Assembly: GCA_951406725.2 (NCBI GenBank)
Contig: OX597817.1
Location: forward strand, 121,396,001-121,460,000
Direction: 5' to 3'
From: Octopus vulgaris
Taxonomy: Eukaryota
DNA length: 64,000 nucleotides
Below are positions 27,687-39,329 of the stretch, piece after piece. The translations under genes were made by a program, and so were the position numbers. The notes beneath the pieces are model-generated. The model saw only the letters and a list, made by a program, of their open reading frames with translations, was not told where the DNA came from and ran no database searches. Each line of letters begins with the position of its first letter. Position 1 is the stretch's first letter.

Positions 27687-27850
27687 GAGTGGCTGTGTGG
27701 TAAGTAGCTTGCTTACCAACCACATGGTTCCGGGTTCAGTCCCACTGCGTGGCACCTTGGGCAAGTGTCTTCTATTATAACCCCGGGCCGACCAAAGCCT
27801 TGTGAGTGGATTTGGTAGACGGAAACTGAAAGAAGCCCGTCGTATATATG

Positions 27851-27904
<54 letters not shown>

Positions 27905-28101
27905 TGCGTCTGTGTTTGTCCCCCGAACATCGCATGACAACCGATGCTGGTGTGTATATGTCCCCGTCACTTAGCGGTTCGGCAAAAGAAACCGATAGAA
28001 TAAGTACTAGGCTTACAAAGAATAAGTCCTGGGGTCAATTTGATCGACTAAAGGCGGTGCTCCAGCATGGCCGCAGTCAAATGACTAAAGCAAGTAAAAA
28101 A
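27687..28101 (+). mobile_element. SINE family B (young)
   Basis: GAGTGGCTGTGTGGTAAG...GGGTTCAGTCCC...GGCACCTTGGGCAAGTGTCTT; possible 6-bp TSD AGTCTG (27681-27686 and 28102-28107). Confidence 0.93.
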
Positions 28102-28358
28102 AGTCTGAGAATCACTCCACATCATGTAATGTTTCTTATTACAATGATTGTGTGTCATGTTAAATCGTGACAAAAAAAAACATTTATGAAATACGGAAAG
28201 AGCTGACTAAATGAACCCGCCGCTTCTTTACCGATACTTATTTTATCGATGCTACTTGACTGAAAGGCACAGTTAACCTCAACAAGATTTGAACTTGGAA
28301 TATATTTTGTTAGCTCTTATATCTCCAGTCTACTGGCCCGACAAATATGCTAATAATA

Positions 28359-28580
28359 AGAATAATTCTTTCTAGTGGAAGTACAAGGCCCCAAATTTGG
28401 GGGAAGGGGTTACGTCGATTACATTGACCCCAGTGCGTAACTGGTACTTATTTAATGGCCCCCCGAAAGGATGAAAGGTAAAGTCTACCTCGGAGGAATT
28501 TGAACTCAGAACGTAGCGATAGACAAAATGCCGCTAAGCATTTTACCCGGCGTGCTAGCGATTCTGCCAGCTTACTGCCT
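28359..28580 (-). mobile_element. SINE family A
   Basis: Reverse family A; TSD ATATG(C/T)TAATAATA at 28345-28358 and 28581-28594. Confidence 0.9.
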
Positions 28581-31137
28581 ATATGTTAATAATACGCGGA
28601 CAAAAGGTCAAAATAAATCATACTTATAAGTAGTCTTTTATACATATTGAGTTTTATTGAAAATTATCGAGGAATAAAATGGAGAATAAGACGAAAACGG
28701 AAACGAGGTAAACCTTGCATCATTTGTATAGAGACTAACTGAATTGAGAGAACAGTACGGAGTTCAGATTTATTTTGCAATGCCAATTGAAAGAAAGTAA
28801 TGCGTTTGGCTAAATCTGTAATCATTTAGGTTTTTCCCTATGTATCCTATCCATCATTATCGGCTTTCTCCTAAGTTCTTTTAATATCTTGAATCTCATG
28901 ATGAATAATTGACAACGGCAATCGAATACTATTTTCGCTTCATTCTTGTTACGGAAGATTAATCTTATTTAAAAGACATTAAGAGGCTGCCTTAAATATT
29001 AAGTGTTTTGTATGCTACCTTGGTTTTATTGTACTTGAAATTCACAAGCCACAATACAAGAGTTTTTTTTCCATACTTTTAAGATAAAAATATTCATTCA
29101 TTCAAGACCACACACTCACATATCTATACATACATGCATGCACGCATGAACTCACACATCTACACATCATAGATAAATACAAACTGTATGGTGAAACATT
29201 TCTCACATTGAATACGGAATGAAAGCATGTTAATAGAGTTAGTTTCTTTGAAAGAAGGGATATAAGAAGTTAATGTCCAGTTCTTTCTTAGATTGCATTT
29301 CGTCATGAACATACTTTGTTACCAAGAAAATAGCAAGTCAATATTCTTGCTTTTGAATATCTTGCTCAAGCATGCATTAAGTGACATTTCCAAAGAGGAC
29401 TGTGATTTTCAGCTTCAGCCAATGCATTCTTTCCGATTTTCTCAATACCAATGCCCTTGATGTATGTCCATTAGAATAAATAGAGCTAATTTATGATGCA
29501 AGGGTAGCCGAAACTTCTTTAGAAGTAGTTATGGAGATATGTCACACGTAACAAAACATAAAACATTCCTAAGCCAATGTAGAGAAATCTACTTCTGTTG
29601 AATAATAGGAAGTGTATCCTTCTCTCAAGAAACAATAACAATTTTTACTTTCTAAATTTACTGAGCATTACAATAGAGAGAAATGAAATGAGCCGATACT
29701 TTTCACGTTTTCCTGTTGAGCTTAGACTAAAGTCTTTAAATCCATATCACAAAAAAAAAAGAGGCAAACAACAAAACAACAAATTTTCTTTCTTACGAAA
29801 TAAAAAGAAAACAAAACTGTTGCAAATTTCTACTAATTTCCACTGTATTAAGCCTGAAAGATTATTCATACTTTTCTTTTATTACTAATGTATTTTAATG
29901 TCTTTTATTCTTATAAAGGGAAACACGGATCAACGGTGGAGTATTGTATGCAGCATATTGAACGGCTCCATTTATCTTTCACTTCTTACAGTCATTTTAG
30001 ACATCGGCTAACAGCGAACTCAGTTTCTGTTCTCCCCTAGAAATGTTTGTAAATCTGATCCGACCGTACATGAATTGCTATCTTCAAATGGATGCTATAT
30101 GACTGCTTTATAATATCTAAAATCGCAGAGAAAAATGTCCCAAGTCATGCTTGTCGGGATAAACTGTATATCATTATGTTTAGAAAAGCAAAAGAGAAAA
30201 CTTAAATTCAATATTTTATGTAGATTTTGTTTATTAATATGTGTAAAGTTGGTGGTCCATTCCGTAGCTACATCCAGATAGTCAAACGTGTGATACACCA
30301 AATATCTCAGGAAAGGATCACTGAATTTACACATATCCTTCCGTGCATGGTTTTAAAAAATGAGCGAAAGAGTTCTGGAATCGTAAAGCGTGTCTATCAG
30401 CTGATATTTCTACAGGAGTGACTTGAATGTCTGAGCAATCAAAGCAGTAAGAAACTATAAATGTAAGTGTCAGACCTTTATAAAAATCGATTTAATTGAT
30501 TATATCTTCTTATGAAAATTAAACTCGGCTAAAATGTTTTGGATGTGCCTCGACGAGATAAATATTTGTCAGAAATATTATATAAAGGACTAAATTTTGT
30601 AATGGTATATAAAATTCTGAATGAACTTAACTGCTAACATTTTGAACTAAAATTACTCTTAGACCTTATAAGCATGAATTTAAGACAAAGGATAATTCTT
30701 TTGACTCAAATTGATGCTTATATCGCATATCGCTTTACATAATTCTATTTTAGCTTTGTTTCAACGATACTAGAATCTTACAAGGGCAAGTAGGTTTTAA
30801 GAAAACTAAATTACAATAATTGCAGTGTAACCACATAATTTTATAAAAATGAATGCATTTATTTCAGTTGAATAGGATTTTAAAATCAATTCTCATTGTC
30901 TTTCCTTGTTGTCCATTTGATTCATTGTCGTATTAAGAATGATATTTCTCTTGTTCGCCTTCACTAGTTAAATCTAGTGAGTTGAATAATTAAGGATACT
31001 TCATTTCAATTTTACTGAATTATATCGAATGATTATATCTCACTGAAACTATAACTTACACAAATCATTCGCTCCTACTTGTATATCAAAAGGATTGCAT
31101 ATATATGTATGCACACACACACATACACACACAACCT

Positions 31138-31183
<46 letters not shown>

Positions 31184-32302
31184 GTATCCAATAAAATCTA
31201 TTATGGCAACCAGACACAAGCCAACCACATACTGCTGAACATCATGAGTATGAATAATAATTTTCAAAAATATTATAACACTGAAGAATATTAGCAATTG
31301 TTATTCTACTGTGTAAAAGTATATTTCAAATAAGTAAGGTTGGACATAAGGTGAATTTACATTGTGTACACCTCATAATATTATGGCTTGCATAGAACCC
31401 TTCCTAATCAATGCGCCACTCACGCCTGCTTGAATTGTTGCACTACTGATAGGTTTCTGGTACATATTAAGTAATAAATGTTATAGCAATAAAAAGCTTC
31501 AGTATAGTTATTAAAATTAATTACACAATCAAATATAGAATATCAATATAAATATAAAACAATAAGAAAATATTACATTGTAATCATGAATATATATGGA
31601 GTTGGAGATCGCTCAACAACAAGCATGCAATACCTAATGATTTTATGGTATTAATAAGTGTAACAATACAGATACCGGACTGGAGCTCTGAAGATATCTT
31701 TCTATTAAACCCGCCAATAAAAATCTTTAACAGAAAATGTATTGATTCTCTATAAAATGTGACGTTAGGAGAGAGAAAATAAATGCAGAATGCTTTAAAA
31801 CCAACATACGTAGTAATTAAACATACATTGTTTTATTAACCCGAAACTATAATATAAATATATTTTTAACAATAATATGATGCTTATGCAATTTTAAATA
31901 TATGTATTGTATATGGAATTGAGCAAGACAAATATATGACAAAGTACCTGCCATGACTTCTGGAAATTATGGAAAAATATATGAAATTTCCAAAACGTAA
32001 TTTAATTCCGGAACTCTCCAAAATGTATAAAAATATTTGGACTCCGCAAATTTGGACTCAGCGTTATACCGCAAATATAAATAAAGTTTACCTTCTGAAA
32101 AAAATGGAGTGTTGTACATTGTGGTTACGATATGTTTAAGTAATAATAGTACAACGAATAAATAAAATAATCAAATTGCTCAAGCGTTTAGTATGAAAAC
32201 GTAATTTTACTATGGCTGCTGAAATTAACAAAGGGCATGAGATATTGAAGCCCATTTGGCATATATAGTGGAGCTTTCGAGTAGCTGGTCCACCTGCGAG
32301 AT

Positions 32303-32621
32303 TTTTTAAAATTTATGCGCCCTTTTCAAGCCTAGCCAGGCTAATGGGCCCGGTTTCCCGGTTTCTGTGGCGTATGTGTTCACCCCAGCTGGACGAGACG
32401 CCAGTCCATCGCAGCGTTACTCAAGAAACGAGAAAAGAGAGTGAGAGAAAGTTGGGGCGAAAGAGTACAACAGGGTTTGCCACCCCCCCTGCCGGAGCCT
32501 CGTGGAGCTTTAGGTGTTTTCGCTCAATAAACACACACACAATGCCCGGTCTGGGAATCGAAACCACGATCCTCCGACCGCGAGTCCGCTGCCCTAACCA
32601 CTGGGCCATTGCGCCTCTACA
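32303..32621 (-). mobile_element. SINE family E, tail type 1
   Basis: Head AGGCGCAATGGCCCAGTGGTTAGGG (A-box) and GGTTTCGATTCCC (B-box); 8-bp TSD TGCGAGAT at 32295-32302 and 32622-32629. Confidence 0.9.
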
Positions 32622-33134
32622 TGCGAGATATGACAGTTAAATGTTAGTTCATTTATATTCTATCACTGTAAAAGGAGGTAGTTTACACTGGATTATGCAT
32701 TCTGAAAAACATGAGTCCTTCATAATTAGGATGTCTTTGAAGGTAAGTCTTACTGATCAAACCAAATGTGTAGGTAAAGAGCGACAACGAAACGGTAGTT
32801 AATCTGAGGTACCCCCAAACTGGGAACAAGTCCATAATCCACATATTTCAAATGAAGGACATGCAAAAAAAAAAATAAATATTTACAATGCAGTCTGGTA
32901 AAAATTGAAAGAAAAGGTGGCAATCTCTCGCCCGAGTTAAGAACACTCGCACCACTAGAGAGCCTTTAACAGAAGGCACTCTATCTCGCATTCAGATTAT
33001 TATCTCCACTTCCACCTATACGTTTTGTAGGTCTTGAAATATCATTAGGGAAGATTTTTTAATAAGCGACCTAATCGCTCTACGGGCACAAACTGCCCGA
33101 CAGGAAAAAAAGCGGTAGACAGGCTGGAAGATGA

Positions 33135-33345
33135 CATGATACATCGTGTATCGTACCTCTGCATCGCATCGATGTCACTACCACGAAAATCTTTCCGATT
33201 AAGAGCAAGTTCTCCAGCTGTTTTGCCAATTTTGTCCATCCATTGCCTTCTTTGCTCGCATCTTGATCTACTACCCTCCACTCTTCCTTCCATGATAATA
33301 TTTTCCAGACCTCTGTTTCTTCGAATATGGACATAATAGATGACT
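33135..33345 (-). mobile_element. RTE-clade LINE 3' fragment
   Basis: HIRRNRGLENIIMEGRVEGSRSRCEQRRQWMDKI resembles the RTE C-terminal GHIxR...LExxIMEGxVEGxRxRGRQRxxWMDxI pattern. Confidence 0.75.
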
Positions 33346-34203
33346 AAGTACTAACAGCATAAAGTAGAAGTGCAAAAATGTTGAAAAGCAGGAAAGTGTC
33401 AGTAAGAGAAACATTGAAAAATGCGTTTGTGTGACATCGAACTCTCAGCTTTTCTTCATCTTCCAACCTCACTTTAATCTTCTTTTTACTTTCTCTCACT
33501 CTTTGAGTAAGATTCGAACACAGAGAGAGGAAAAGAGACACATGGAAAGGGAGGCATACACAGAGAGAAAAGAAGGGGAGTGCGGTGATTTATTGTTATT
33601 GTAGTTCATTAAAAAAATCCTTCTGGAGTGAACCTTGAAATTATTAATGTGGCATATATCAGACAGTCTCTCATATAAGAAAACATGGAATGGTTCCGAT
33701 TTGGCGATCTTTTGAGCATAGGCTTTCTCAGTCACAACAAAAATTAAAGAAAATGACAAATACAAAAGTGAGAATATTTTTAAAAGAAGAATCCCCACAC
33801 GACCTGAATTGAAAACTCTTAACTAAATATAAGACCCTTAAATACGACTATATGTATATATAAATTTATGTTCTTAAGACATTAAAAGTAGTGTCATACT
33901 GATGGAATTCTTTTAACAACGCCGTTCTTATACGTACGATGGCCATCAGTAAAGCAAATAAATCAAAATACATTCATTATATTAAACATAGATGTCTACA
34001 TAAATAAATTAGACATTTTAAATGACATATTGACATTTATCAAAATTAATGACAACGACTGCACTTAAGAAAGAAGAATTTAGCAAACTACTTAATTAGA
34101 GTTTATTTCTACTGAATTATGTATTTTCATATGTGTCTATGTTATATCGCAATACTACATAGCGGCTGTGTGAGTTTAATGAAATATAAGTGAAAGTTAG
34201 GAA

Positions 34204-34387
34204 ATCCTCGTCGCCACTGTTATGTCGCACGTTCGGATGAACTCTACTCAACTCTGCTCTACACTGCTCGACTCTGTTCTAGTCTCTACGACTGCTCAGC
34301 TGCGTTGGCTTCTGACGTTTAGGCTTCTCCCTCTATATCTACGTATTGGGCTAGCCTACTTCATCGTCTGGGGGCGTCCACACAACA
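34204..34387 (-). mobile_element. LTR (34218-34387) followed by a primer-binding site (34204-34216)
   Basis: Minus strand TGTTGTGT...ACATAACA termini, then one base and TGGCGACGAGGAT, complementary to the 3' end ATCCTCGTCG-CCA of tRNA-Ser(GCU) as I recall it. Confidence 0.75.
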
Positions 34388-34819
34388 GTCTATGAGCCAC
34401 TAAGATAGACATTTACGATGTAGCAGGTTCTTCTAAAAATAGTAGGCAAATCCCCTTCAAATCCCCACTCTCCAATCTTATGAAGCGAGAGAGCTGCTAC
34501 ACGTAACGACAAACTAATAACATTAGCAGATAAGTCTCCCTCGCTACACATTCTAATGGAATACGAATGTAAATATGTATGTATGAACCAACAAGGTGAG
34601 GTATATATATTTGCTAGAAATGTATGAAATAAGAACCAATTCTCCTCGAAGTCAGACTGTCATTTCATGTCTGTACATTTATGCCTGTTTTGTATAATAC
34701 ACATGTACTAGTATAATCGTGCCCTCAAAAATCATATTTTAAAAGAAATACTGAAAACATTTTTCACAAATACATCGACGTAATATACATTCTATATATT
34801 TGATACAGACTAATATAGT

Positions 34820-34925
34820 AAGGTTTATAAAATATTTACTGAAAATAATTTGAAAGACTGGATCCAATGTGAAAGGTTTATATAATATTTACTGAAAATG
34901 ATTTGAAAGACTGGATCCAATGTGA
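34820..34925. repeat. 53-bp tandem duplication
   Basis: AAGGTTTATA...GAAAGACTGGATCCAATGTGA twice, with only a few differences. Confidence 0.92.
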
Positions 34926-34976
34926 ATTAGACAAGTGTAGGATTTATGAAATTGTCTTAACATTTTATTGAAAGCA

Positions 34977-35160
34977 AAGGCGGCGAGCTGGTAAAATCGT
35001 TAGCACGCCGACCCTCTATCTTCACATTCTGAGTTCAAACCCAGCCGAGATCGACTTTGCCTTTCATGCCCCTGGGTCGATAAAATAAGTACCAGTTGAG
35101 TACTGAAGTCGATGTAATCGACATAACCCTCCCCCGAGCTTGCTGGCCTTGTTCCAAAAT
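34977..35160 (+). mobile_element. SINE family A
   Basis: AAGGCGGCGAGCTGGTAAAATCGTTAGC...GAGTTCAAAC...GTCGATAAAATAAGTACCAG. Confidence 0.88.
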
Positions 35161-35574
35161 TTTCATTGAAATTAGAAAAATGAAATAAGTTCTCTGTTTT
35201 TTACTTCTTTAAAAAATGTTTTTTAATTTTATCTAGTTTCAGCTCACGAGCTGTGGCCATGCTGGGGCACCGCCATTATTTATAATTACTGAAGATGTTT
35301 AAAAACTACCATTTTATCAAATGACGGATGAGCCCACAGAGATTCACACTGAGAGTTATTAATGCTCATGACTTACGTTGGTCATTGGAAAACTTCGGCT
35401 CGCGGGAATTTTTAAATGGCTCACCTAACGAACAATCCATTTTTAGTAGTGCAGCCTACCTAATGATGAATCAAGTCTCATGCGGTTCGCTACTCGAAAA
35501 ACGGTTGCCCAAGTCCGATGCATGACAAGGCATGTGAACAATATCTGCGGATTTTACTACTTATTTACTTTGCT

Positions 35575-35870
35575 TCCTATTTTTCTTTTACTTGTGTTAG
35601 TCATTAGAGTGCGGTCATGCTGGTGTCACTCCTTGAAGAATTTTGGTCCAGTGAATCGACCCTAGTACTTATCTAGTAAACCTAGTACTTATGCTATCGG
35701 TCAGTGTTGCCGAACCGCAAAGATACAGGGACGTAAACACACCCACATGGTTCGTCAAGCGATGGTTGAGGACCGGCACAGACACACAAACACACACGCA
35801 CACACACACACGCTCACACACACACGCACATACACACATACACACACATATATAGACGCACGCACATAGG
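35575..35870 (-). mobile_element. SINE family B, 3' half
   Basis: Tail and GCCGAACCGC...GTAAACACACC blocks, ending in the (CA)n tract. Confidence 0.75.
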
Positions 35871-36231
35871 CACAAGTAACTACTTTCTGTGCAGGATAGA
35901 TAGATGAGTAAATCAATCTAAACACTAAACTATTACAGCTTAAGATGTTTCAATGGTCAGCGAGTGTGCGTATGTCTAGATACGTGTATCACCTGAATAA
36001 ATATGCATGTGTTTGTTTGTGTGTGTAACTGTGTGTATGTGTGTGTGTTAGCGTGGGTGCATATTGACAGTGATTTAAGTTGAAAAGTTTACAAAGCTTA
36101 TTGTTACGTCATAATATAATGTAATATATGCAGTACATTAAACACATATTGTATGACTATGAAGTCCGTGTTTATTAAAATATATTTCATTTTCGAAGTT
36201 TAATAGAATCTATCGTTTATCTTTTACTTGT

Positions 36232-36618
36232 GGATGGAAGCACTCCGTCGGTTCCGACGACGAGGGTTCCGGTTGATCCGATCAACGGAACAGCCTGCTC
36301 GTGAAATTAACGTGTAAGTGGCTGAGCACTCCACAGACACGTGTACCCTTTACGTAGTTCTCGGGGATATTCAGCGTGACACAGAGAGTGACAAAGGCCG
36401 GCCCTTTGAAATACAGGTACAACAGAAACAGGAAGTAAGAGTGAGAGAAAGTTGTGGTGAAAGAGTACAGCAGGGGTCACCACCATCCCTGCCGGAGCCT
36501 CGTGGAGCTTTAGGTGTTTTCACTCAATAAACACTCACAACGCCCGGTCTGGGAATCGAAACCGCGATCCTACGACTGCGAGTCCGCTGCCCTAACCACT
36601 GGGCCATTGCGCCTCCAC
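36232..36618 (-). mobile_element. SINE family E, tail type 2, nested in the tail of a family B copy
   Basis: Same head as the 32303 copy; 13-bp TSD ATCTTTTACTTGT at 36219-36231 and 36619-36631. Confidence 0.92.
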
Positions 36619-36619
36619 A

Positions 36620-36908
36620 TCTTTTACTTGTATCATTCATTTGAATGGGGCCATGCTAGGCACCGCCTTGAAGGGTTTTTTATCGAACAAATTGACCTCA
36701 GCCCTTTTTTTATAAGCCTAGTACTCATTCTATCGTTCTCTTTTGCCGAACCGTTAAATTACGGGCGACATAAACACACTAACACGGGCAGTCAAGCAGT
36801 GATGGGGGAAATACACACAGACACACAGACACAGACACACACACATACACACACACACATACACTCACTCTTTCATTTTCCGTCTACCGAATCCACTCAT
36901 AAGGCTTT
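36620..36908 (-). mobile_element. SINE family B, head missing
   Basis: Tail through CCGTCTACCGAATCCACTCATAAGGCTTT, then an abrupt switch into the minisatellite. Confidence 0.85.
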
Positions 36909-37189
36909 CATTTTTATCAAACATTTTCATCAGACATTTTCATCAGACATGTTCATCAAACATTTTCATCAGATATTTTCATCAGACATTTTCATCAAAC
37001 ATTTTCATGAGACATTTTCATTTTCATTTTCATCAAACATTTTCATCATTTTCATCATACATTTTCATCAAGCATTTTCATCTGACATGTTCCTCTGACA
37101 CATTCGTCAAACATTTTCATCAGATATTTTCATCGGACATTATCATCAAACATTTTCATCAAATATATTCAACAAACATCATCAAAAAT
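36908..37189. repeat. 13-bp minisatellite block 1, (CATTTTCATCARA)n
   Basis: Directly visible; units CATTTTCATCAAA and CATTTTCATCAGA with extra CATTTT hexamers. Confidence 0.95.
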
Positions 37190-37865
37190 GCTAATAGTTC
37201 GAAACAATGGTATCGCAAACATCAATAAACATTTCGGTCAGTATTCATAAGCATTCTCGTTCACTAGCTGCTCTGAAAGTGACGAATGTTATCGGTTTTA
37301 TACCATAAACTTTACATTTTAAGTATCCCCAAAAGAAATGGATTGGTGTACGGTCCAGTGAGCACGGTGGGTATTCTACTAAGCTTCGTTCATTCCACCT
37401 CTTTTGCCAAAAATCTCACTAAGGCAGGCTCGTACATTACTACTGCAGTGTGTGGTGTTGCCTTTTCTTGCTATAAATATGATTCCACATCTTCAAAGTC
37501 CACTTCAATTATTGGCATGACAGACTGTTGCACTAAGTTAAAAAAATGGAACAATCACTGTATCATATAGAAGTAAGAATGGCCCAATTAATCCTTTTGA
37601 TGATAATCTGCATCATACTGCAACATTTTGTAAATAAACATTATAACTCTCTTTACTATGGCGTTCTCAGTTCCGAGTCTCAGGGGTTGTGATTGTGCCG
37701 GTTAACTGAACCATTAAATTTAAATATAGCTTCATCATTCCAAACAAACTTCCTTGTGTGTATCTTGTACACGTTTCCGAAGTACCCTCAAAAAGTGCAC
37801 TTTTTAGTCCGGATCAGCTTCGTTGGGAGCAGATTACTTTTGGAATGTGCTTTTCCGATAACAGC
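37190..37865 (-). pseudogene. Tc1/mariner-superfamily transposase remnant
   Basis: Minus-strand motifs in order, across frameshifts: FVWNDEAIFKFNGSVNRHN (about 37750-37695), SSKGLIGPF, YPPCSLDRTPIHFFWGYLKCKVYGIKP (about 37375-37290), ERECL*ILTEMFIDVCDTIVS. Confidence 0.85.
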
Positions 37866-37978
37866 ACTGTCTGTCTGTCTGTCTGTCTGTCCGCCCGTCC
37901 GTCCGTCCGTCCGTCCGTCTGTCTGTCTGTCCGTCCGTCTATCTATATCTATCTATCTATCAATCTATTTATCTATAG
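37866..37978. repeat. (CTGT)/(CCGT)/(CTAT) tetranucleotide microsatellite
   Basis: Directly visible. Confidence 0.9.
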
Positions 37979-39147
37979 AATATTTTCATCAAACATTTTC
38001 ATCAGACATTTTCATCAAACATTTTCATTTTCATCAAACATTTTCATCAGACATTTTCATTTTCATCAAACATTTTCCTCAAACATTTTCATTTTCATCA
38101 AACATTTTCATCAAATATTTTCATCAATTATTATTCTCAGACATTTTCATCAAATATTTTCATCAGACATTTTGATTTACATCAAACATTTTCGTGAAAT
38201 ATTTTCATCAAACGTTTTCATCAGACATTTTCATCAAACATTTTCATCAAGCATTTTCATCAAACATTTTAATTTTCATCAGACATTTTTATTCTCATCA
38301 AACATTTTCATCAAACATTTTCGTCAGACATTTTCATCAGATATTTTCATCAAACATTTTCATCAGACATTTTCATCAAACATTTTCATCAGACATTTTC
38401 ATCAAACATTTTCATTTTCGTCAGACATTTCCATCAGATATTTTCATCAAACATTTTCGTCAGACATTTTCAAGACATTTTCAAGACATTTTCATCAAAC
38501 ATTTTCATTTTCGTCAGACATTTCGATCAGATATTTTCATCAAACATTTTCGTCAGACATTTTCAACAGACATTTTCATCAAACATTTTCATTTTCATTT
38601 TCATCAAACATTTTCGTCAGATATTTTCATCATTTTCGTCAGACATTTTCTTCAGACATTTTCATCAAACATTTTCATCAGACATTTTCATCAGACATTT
38701 TCATTTTCATTAAACATTTTCGTCAGACATTTTCATCAGACATTTTCATCAAACATTTTCATCAAACATTTTCATCAAATATTTTCATCAAACATTATCA
38801 TCAGACATTTTCATTTTCATCAGACATTTTCATTTTCATTAAACATTTTCATCAGACATTTTCATTTTCATCAAACATTTTCATTTTCATGAAACATTTT
38901 CATCAGACATTTTCATGAAACATTTTCATCAATGATGTTCATTAAACATTGTCATTAAAGATTTTCATAAAACATGTTCATCAAACATTTTTATCAAACG
39001 TTTTATTTAAACATTTTCCTCAAATATTTTCACCAAATATATACATCAAACATTTTCATCAAATATGTTCATCTTCAGCAAACATTTTCATCATACATTT
39101 TCAGTAAACATTTTCATCAAATACATTCAACAAACATCATCAAAAAT
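37979..39147. repeat. 13-bp minisatellite block 2 (about 1.17 kb)
   Basis: Same unit as block 1; explains the 386-, 232- and 160-aa plus-strand ORFs. Confidence 0.96.
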
Positions 39148-39329
39148 TTCGACAAATGTTTTCGGCTCTATGTAAGATGGCTATTTTTGTGTGTTTCTGT
39201 GAATTTTTGTGTATTTTGTGTGTTTTAAGTTTTCATTGTTAAGTATTTTGTGTGAAAAAGTTGTCAAACAACATACGCTTTCAACGTTGATTAATATTTT
39301 CATAGAAAAAATTTTGAAGGCTTTCTTCG

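Noticed and set aside
32540-32620. tRNA gene
   Set aside because: A and B boxes are present, but the sequence continues into a SINE body flanked by a TSD and has no convincing acceptor stem.
37979-39147. CRISPR array, or tandem hammerhead / C-D box array (CTGATGA and GAAA on the minus strand)
   Set aside because: No unique spacers, no cas genes, eukaryotic context; the 13-nt unit leaves no room for stems.
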